A stretch of 64,000 nt of DNA from Nitrospinales bacterium (GTDB lineage: Bacteria; Nitrospinota; Nitrospinia; Nitrospinales; VA-1). The stretch spans positions 1 to 64,000 of the forward strand of contig JBLFWU010000003.1 in assembly GCA_047610985.1 (NCBI GenBank). Direction: 5' to 3'. Positions 59,654-64,000 of the stretch are shown in pieces (positions within the stretch are counted from its first letter, which is position 1; the number at the start of each line of letters is the position of its first letter). A program made the position numbers and the translations under genes. The notes under the pieces are model-generated. The model was not told where the DNA came from. It saw only the letters and a list, made by a program, of their open reading frames with translations, and ran no database searches.

Positions 59654-61180
59654 ATGGTCGCATTAGTGCATAGCGGAGCAGTATTGGGCATCGACGGTTA
59701 CCCTGTCGAAGTAGAAGTCAATCTTTCACAAGGACTTCCCGGTATGTCCATCGTGGGCCTACCCGATGCGGCAGTAAAAGAAAGTAGCGACCGGGTCTCA
59801 GCCGCTATTCGCAACACCCAGCTGTCATTACCCGTAAGAAGGATCACCGTCAATCTGGCCCCTGCCGATATACGTAAAGAAGGATCGGCGTTCGATCTTC
59901 CCATCGCATTGGGCATCCTTGCCGCAAGCGGCATGATAGACAATGAAAAGTTAAAAGGCTGGGTTATTCTGGGAGAACTGTCACTCGACGGAAGAGTCAA
60001 ACCCGTTAAAGGAGGGCTTTCCATCACTGCCATGGCTCGTGAAAAAGGTATGAAAGGGGTTTTACTTCCCGCGCAAAACGCCGCCGAAGTTTCAGTGATA
60101 GATGATATCCCTATCTACGCTATAGAAAACCTGCCACAAGCATTGGAGTTTCTTTGCGGGAACCTGGTACTGGAGCCAGTAAAACCCGAAAACCAAAAAA
60201 CAATTTCAAGCCCCTCAGGGTATGAGCTGGACTTCACGGATGTTAAAGGCCAGCACCATGTCAAACGCGCATTAGAGATCGCTTCTTCTGGCGGACACAA
60301 CATTCTATTGATCGGTCCACCAGGAAGTGGCAAGTCCATGCTGGCAAAACGTATTCCGACCATCTTGCCATCGATGACACGAGATGAGTCCATCACCACC
60401 ACTAAAATTCACAGCATTCTTGGTCAATTGAAAAATGGACTTTTAAATCTGCGTCCATTTCGCTCACCGCACCACACCATCTCCGATGCCGGGCTGATCG
60501 GCGGTGGTCGCGTACCCATGCCCGGCGAAGTGTCGATGGCGCATAACGGAGTTTTGTTTCTCGACGAGTTGCCCGAATTTAAACGCAATGTGCTCGAAGT
60601 GTTAAGACAACCCCTTGAAGAAGGCGAAGTATCAATATCACGAGCCGCCGGGTCAGTCACTTACCCGTCTAACCTAATGTTAGTGGCAGCGATGAACCCT
60701 TGTCCCTGTGGTTACCGATTCGATCCGAAACGCGAATGCGGGTGCAGTCCTGCCGTCATCAAAAAATACGTTGGTAAAATATCCGGCCCCTTGCTCGACC
60801 GCATCGACCTGCATATCGAAGTCCCCGCATTGAATTATAAAGACCTGTCTTCAGAGTCCGGTGGCGAACCCTCATCCGCCATTGCTCAGCGAGTCGAACA
60901 GGCACGAAATATTCAATTGCACCGTTTTAAAAATGGGGAAAAGAATTTTAATGCCAACATGAACCCCAAACAACTCAAAACTTTTTGCGATCTCGATGAA
61001 GCTTCGAAAAAAATAATGGCGATGGCAATAGACAAGCTGGGTTTAAGCGCCAGAGCCCACGACCGCATCCTGAAAGTCGCCCGAACCATCGCCGATCTCG
61101 CATCAAGTGAAAACGTAGAATCCGAACACATCGCCGAAGCCATTCAATACCGTTCCCTAGACCGAGAAAGCTGGTTCTAA
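59654..61180 (+). CDS. comM: YifB/ComM-family Mg-chelatase-like AAA+ ATPase
   Basis: N-terminal Lon-like domain. Walker A GPPGSGKSM, Walker B and arginine finger. C-terminal Mg-chelatase ChlI-like helix. 508 aa. Confidence 0.9.
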   Translation: MVALVHSGAVLGIDGYPVEVEVNLSQGLPGMSIVGLPDAAVKESSDRVSAAIRNTQLSLPVRRITVNLAPADIRKEGSAFDLPIALGILAASGMIDNEKLKGWVILGELSLDGRVKPVKGGLSITAMAREKGMKGVLLPAQNAAEVSVIDDIPIYAIENLPQALEFLCGNLVLEPVKPENQKTISSPSGYELDFTDVKGQHHVKRALEIASSGGHNILLIGPPGSGKSMLAKRIPTILPSMTRDESITTTKIHSILGQLKNGLLNLRPFRSPHHTISDAGLIGGGRVPMPGEVSMAHNGVLFLDELPEFKRNVLEVLRQPLEEGEVSISRAAGSVTYPSNLMLVAAMNPCPCGYRFDPKRECGCSPAVIKKYVGKISGPLLDRIDLHIEVPALNYKDLSSESGGEPSSAIAQRVEQARNIQLHRFKNGEKNFNANMNPKQLKTFCDLDEASKKIMAMAIDKLGLSARAHDRILKVARTIADLASSENVESEHIAEAIQYRSLDRESWF

Positions 61181-61346
61181 CCGGCTGGCCGCCGGGGGCA
61201 ATAGGTCTATTCTTTTTACTGCGAAACAATTATCTTTGCGCTTCTGGATGTTCGTTTTTAGTAACTCCTTCAAATAAGAGGGGTATAGAATAAGCTTGAT
61301 GACGAAGTCTGGAAAACAGAATTTACTAAAAATGGAAAGGGCGAAT

Positions 61347-61649
61347 ATGAAAAAAATTATACTGGCAGTGATGATGGTGTTTCTGGTTCAGAATGCGGCA
61401 TATGCAGATGAAAAAAAAGGGAAGGGTGAAAAATTTGAAAAATTAAAGGAAAGAGTTGTTAAAAATATCTATAAAAGACGTGTCTTTTTAGACGACCTTG
61501 AAAGTTGTGTCAAATCCTCTAATTCCCGAGGTGAAATGAAATCCTGCCGAAACGAACATAAACAAAAAGCAGAAGCACTCCGAGCTGAAAGAAAAGAAAT
61601 GAAAGAAAAAAGAAAAGAAAGAAGGAAAAAAAGAAAAGCACAAGATTAA
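61347..61649 (+). CDS. Small secreted Lys/Glu-rich protein
   Basis: Start trimmed to MKKIILAVMMVFLVQNAAYA (signal peptide). Highly basic tail KEKRKERRKKRKAQD. Confidence 0.4.
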   Translation: MKKIILAVMMVFLVQNAAYADEKKGKGEKFEKLKERVVKNIYKRRVFLDDLESCVKSSNSRGEMKSCRNEHKQKAEALRAERKEMKEKRKERRKKRKAQD

Positions 61650-61735
61650 TCAACTCGCAAAACTGAGAGGAAGCAGTTCAATACCGCTCCTTAGACCTTG
61701 GAAGCTAGTTCTAACCATTCGAACTATTAATAGCT

Positions 61736-62434
61736 GTGCAAAAATATTTAAAAATGGAAATACCCTATATAAAGCAAAAGAACAAGAAGGGTAATAGAAT
61801 GTGCGGCCCAGCTTCAATGGCAATGGTGCTTCGTTCTTTCAATCAAAATGGTTTCCAAAATAATCTTTGGAAAGAGATTAAAGAGCCAGATAGTCATGGG
61901 AGTTTTTATGGAAAGACCCATAAGATGTGCTTATCATTTTTAAACCGAGGGTTTTATTCAGTTTGCCTTACTGTTGTTAATCCAATTTTATTTTTGAGAC
62001 TTTGCCAAGAGCATTCCGTTAGAGTAATTCTAGGGCATCGTCAGTCCAAACGTTCTGAATTAGCTCACTTCACTGTATTTAAAGAAATCACTAATAACAT
62101 GGTTATAGTTAACGATTCTGAATTAGGATCAAATCGAGGAGAAAAAAGGGAAATCCCTCATGCTGATTTCTTAGAATTAATGGGCGGCAATATAGAAGTG
62201 CCAAAGAATTTATGTGTACTTGTTTCAGATTCAATCTCTAGCCTTAACCAAAGTCAATGTCCTACTTGCAGTTTACCTATTATTGAAATGGTCAACTGTG
62301 GGCAATGTGGAAACAAGGTGCCACTTCAACCAACCGTTATTTTAGGCTGTCAAAATTCAGACTGCCAAGACAAGGCTATTGAAACAGTAATATGCCCTCA
62401 TTGCGATGCAGACTTTCAGTTAGGAAATGATTGA
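61736..62434 (+). CDS. Stand-alone C39-like (papain-fold) cysteine peptidase domain with two C-terminal zinc-ribbon motifs
   Basis: N-terminus IPYIKQKNKKGNRMCGPASMAMVL matches the Q…CG(P/A)ASLAM motif around the catalytic Cys of peptidase C39 domains. His candidates (GHRQ, HFTVF). C-terminal CPTC…CGQC and C…C…CPHC. Confidence 0.45.
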   Translation: MQKYLKMEIPYIKQKNKKGNRMCGPASMAMVLRSFNQNGFQNNLWKEIKEPDSHGSFYGKTHKMCLSFLNRGFYSVCLTVVNPILFLRLCQEHSVRVILGHRQSKRSELAHFTVFKEITNNMVIVNDSELGSNRGEKREIPHADFLELMGGNIEVPKNLCVLVSDSISSLNQSQCPTCSLPIIEMVNCGQCGNKVPLQPTVILGCQNSDCQDKAIETVICPHCDADFQLGND

Positions 62435-62793
62435 CTTTTTTGATAAAAGATCCTTTTTCAGGAAAAGGAAGTCTCGTCGTATTTTTTTACTTGTAACTCA
62501 ACTACAACTCATTTTGATATTTCCGATTTAGTTCCGAGCGGGACAAGCTAGGAACTCGCCAAAAAAGGCGGTCCCCCCTCGGCGCGATGTTATAAAAAAT
62601 TCCGCAAAGAATTATTTTCCACTTTCAATCTTGGGGAAATGCGTTACACTAATACAATAGGATTTTCCGCTTAAAGACCTCTCCGCTATTTTTACCCCTG
62701 TACGTTTTTCTGGTTACTAAAGTTCAATCCTTCCTTTTGTTCGGGTAGAGTCCCTTCAAAATATATCATCACCCTAAATTATTTGGAGTAGGA

Positions 62794-63186
62794 ATGAAGC
62801 TTTGGTTAATGATGGTTTGTGTTCTGAGCTTTCTTTTCACAGGTTGCGCCGCCGGAAAAGTTTATGTGGATCAGGCAAATGATAGCCACGCTTCCTGCAT
62901 GGTCATTGAAAAAGAGTTGCAACGGGCTCAACATAAAATTGATGTTCTCGAAGAGACCGATCACACTTTGCAGAATGTAAGAGATGTATTTCTGACTGCC
63001 GCACAGATCGTTTTTGCGCCCATCGGAATCTTGAACGCCATATTGACGGTATCGGATTCCTATATCGCGGATGTCGCGGAAACTGAAGCTTTGAAAGACC
63101 GCCACAATGGGATGGTCACCATCTCCAACCAAAAAAATTGTGGCTACAAATACGCCATGATCACCTCTGGCGAGGTAAGCAAATAA
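62794..63186 (+). CDS. Lipoprotein, function unknown
   Basis: Lipobox LFTGC/AAG. 130 aa. Confidence 0.5.
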   Translation: MKLWLMMVCVLSFLFTGCAAGKVYVDQANDSHASCMVIEKELQRAQHKIDVLEETDHTLQNVRDVFLTAAQIVFAPIGILNAILTVSDSYIADVAETEALKDRHNGMVTISNQKNCGYKYAMITSGEVSK

Positions 63187-63204
63187 AAAGATTTATTTAA
63201 ATGC

Positions 63205-63603
63205 CTAACTACAATCCATCTTGATATTACCTGTGGGGACCTGAGCCGTTTGTGCCATGGGGTCGATAGGGTCGATAGGGTCGATTGTAAGCTCTATGGT
63301 GCATTTTTTACTTCTGGTTTTTCTGGGGTTGGCTTTTTCTTGTTCACTACCTAAAAATTTTTCCTTTAGCCTTACTTCCTTGCGACTTTCATTTAATACT
63401 GCTTTGGAACCCGATAGGGTCTGAATTTTTGCAAGGACCGTAACGCTTTCTATGCAGCCTTTGACTTTCGTGTCATAAGAGTTGATAAAACCCTTCAACA
63501 GATATTTCCGGGTACCTTCTGCGGGTTTTCCTGTGAGTATGTCATAGGAACGTACAATCTCTTTTTTCCCATCTCCGGCGATGGTCTTTAACAGTCCCCG
63601 CAT
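63205..63603 (-). CDS. Hypothetical protein containing DPIDPIDP repeat
   Basis: ORF of 132 aa. The internal repeat derives from the 9-bp tandem DNA repeat. Confidence 0.35.
   Translation of the reverse strand: MRGLLKTIAGDGKKEIVRSYDILTGKPAEGTRKYLLKGFINSYDTKVKGCIESVTVLAKIQTLSGSKAVLNESRKEVRLKEKFLGSEQEKANPRKTRSKKCTIELTIDPIDPIDPMAQTAQVPTGNIKMDCS
63259..63285. repeat. 9-bp tandem repeat (gggtcgata, about 3 copies)
   Basis: Direct reading of gggtcgata gggtcgata gggtcgat. Confidence 0.5.
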
Positions 63604-63613
63604 TTCCAGACCC

Positions 63614-63865
63614 TTAAATTCTTCCCAGCGGCATGTTGGGGTTATTAATAGAGAGAGTGGTGGTGAAAGTTGGGTGAGCTTTATAACACGCGTCGGGGTC
63701 TTTGAAAAAATCGGTGTATTTCCAACTGAAATAAGCGACCAGAATTAGGGTGTAACCCTGGAGTGCTCTTTTACTGAAGAAAAACGATAGAACAGATTTT
63801 GCCAGTTCAAGCGCTTCGTTAACCTCTTCCTCTTCTTCCGGCTCTGGATCGTCAAAATCTTTCAT
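63614..63865 (-). CDS. Hypothetical small protein (acidic N-terminus, one TM)
   Basis: 83-aa ORF with EPEEEEE acidic stretch and hydrophobic segment LILVAYFSW. Confidence 0.3.
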   Translation of the reverse strand: MKDFDDPEPEEEEEVNEALELAKSVLSFFFSKRALQGYTLILVAYFSWKYTDFFKDPDACYKAHPTFTTTLSINNPNMPLGRI

Positions 63866-64000
63866 CCATTCCTCATTCTATGAAAGGCTGAATTCAGTTT
63901 CCCCAACACCGATTTCAATATAGTTACACTATATGTTATTTTTACTTAAAGAAAAAGGATATCCGTCTGTATATCCTATATCGGAGGACATCGATTGCCT

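Noticed and set aside
63259-63285. Possible CRISPR array
   Set aside because: Only a 9-bp unit repeated about 3 times with no spacers. No cas genes. Too short for CRISPR.
1-64000. tRNA, rRNA or other structured RNA genes
   Set aside because: Scanned intergenic regions for T-loop (GTTCGAATC-like) and cloverleaf candidates. None convincing. Intergenic hairpins are better explained as terminators.

Overview
This 64 kb window looks like a chromosomal segment of a Gram-negative bacterium, possibly an autotroph that uses ATP-citrate lyase. Coding density is high and there are no rRNA genes, tRNA genes, CRISPR arrays or obvious insertion sequences. The window contains, in order:

- The 3' end of a chemoreceptor (MCP) gene with a bidirectional terminator.
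- An oxidative-stress set on the minus strand: di-haem cytochrome c peroxidase, MsrA and a parvulin PpiC.
- A tight plus-strand operon of SPFH/stomatin, a 1104-aa membrane-anchored coiled-coil giant, an HExxH (peptidase-MA-like)/TPR protein and a MoxR AAA+ ATPase.
- A DUF559 endonuclease gene killed by an in-frame TAA.
- A complete but atypical type II secretion (Gsp) cluster: a PilP/GspC-like protein, GspE, F, G, H, I, J, K, L and M, then a lipoprotein secretin carrying an SH3-like insert.
- A sulfur-carrier-protein cysteine/homocysteine cluster: CysK, a ThrC-like zinc-ribbon PLP enzyme, a MoaD/ThiS-like carrier ending GGAN, a MoeZ/ThiF E1 and an Mtb-type CysM, followed by a thioredoxin-like [2Fe-2S] ferredoxin.
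- A heterodimeric ABC exporter.
- A SPOR-domain protein, a class A PBP and a hypothetical protein that look co-transcribed.
- An XRE regulator beside an island of a radical-SAM enzyme and small proteins.
- BirA.
- An envelope-glycan cluster: GT2, IspB, an AMMECR1 pseudogene, GT9, an OafA-SGNH acyltransferase and an ArnT-like glycosyltransferase.
- A dienelactone hydrolase.
- A four-gene minus-strand operon: an ATP-grasp domain fused to an FMN-dependent alpha-hydroxy-acid-dehydrogenase-like TIM barrel, an HpcH/CitE-like lyase, and ATP-citrate-lyase-like beta and alpha subunits, where the alpha subunit (904 aa) is far longer than the ~610-aa Chlorobium-type AclA I recall.
- ComM/YifB.
- An AT-rich terminal region encoding a stand-alone C39-like cysteine peptidase with twin zinc ribbons and several small secreted or lipoproteins.

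The most promising candidates for undescribed biology are the ATP-grasp/FMN-dehydrogenase fusion with its HpcH-like lyase sitting directly upstream of the ACL-like genes, the SPFH/coiled-coil/peptidase/MoxR operon, and the C39-like peptidase island. All calls rest on reading motifs in the supplied translations; no database searches were run.
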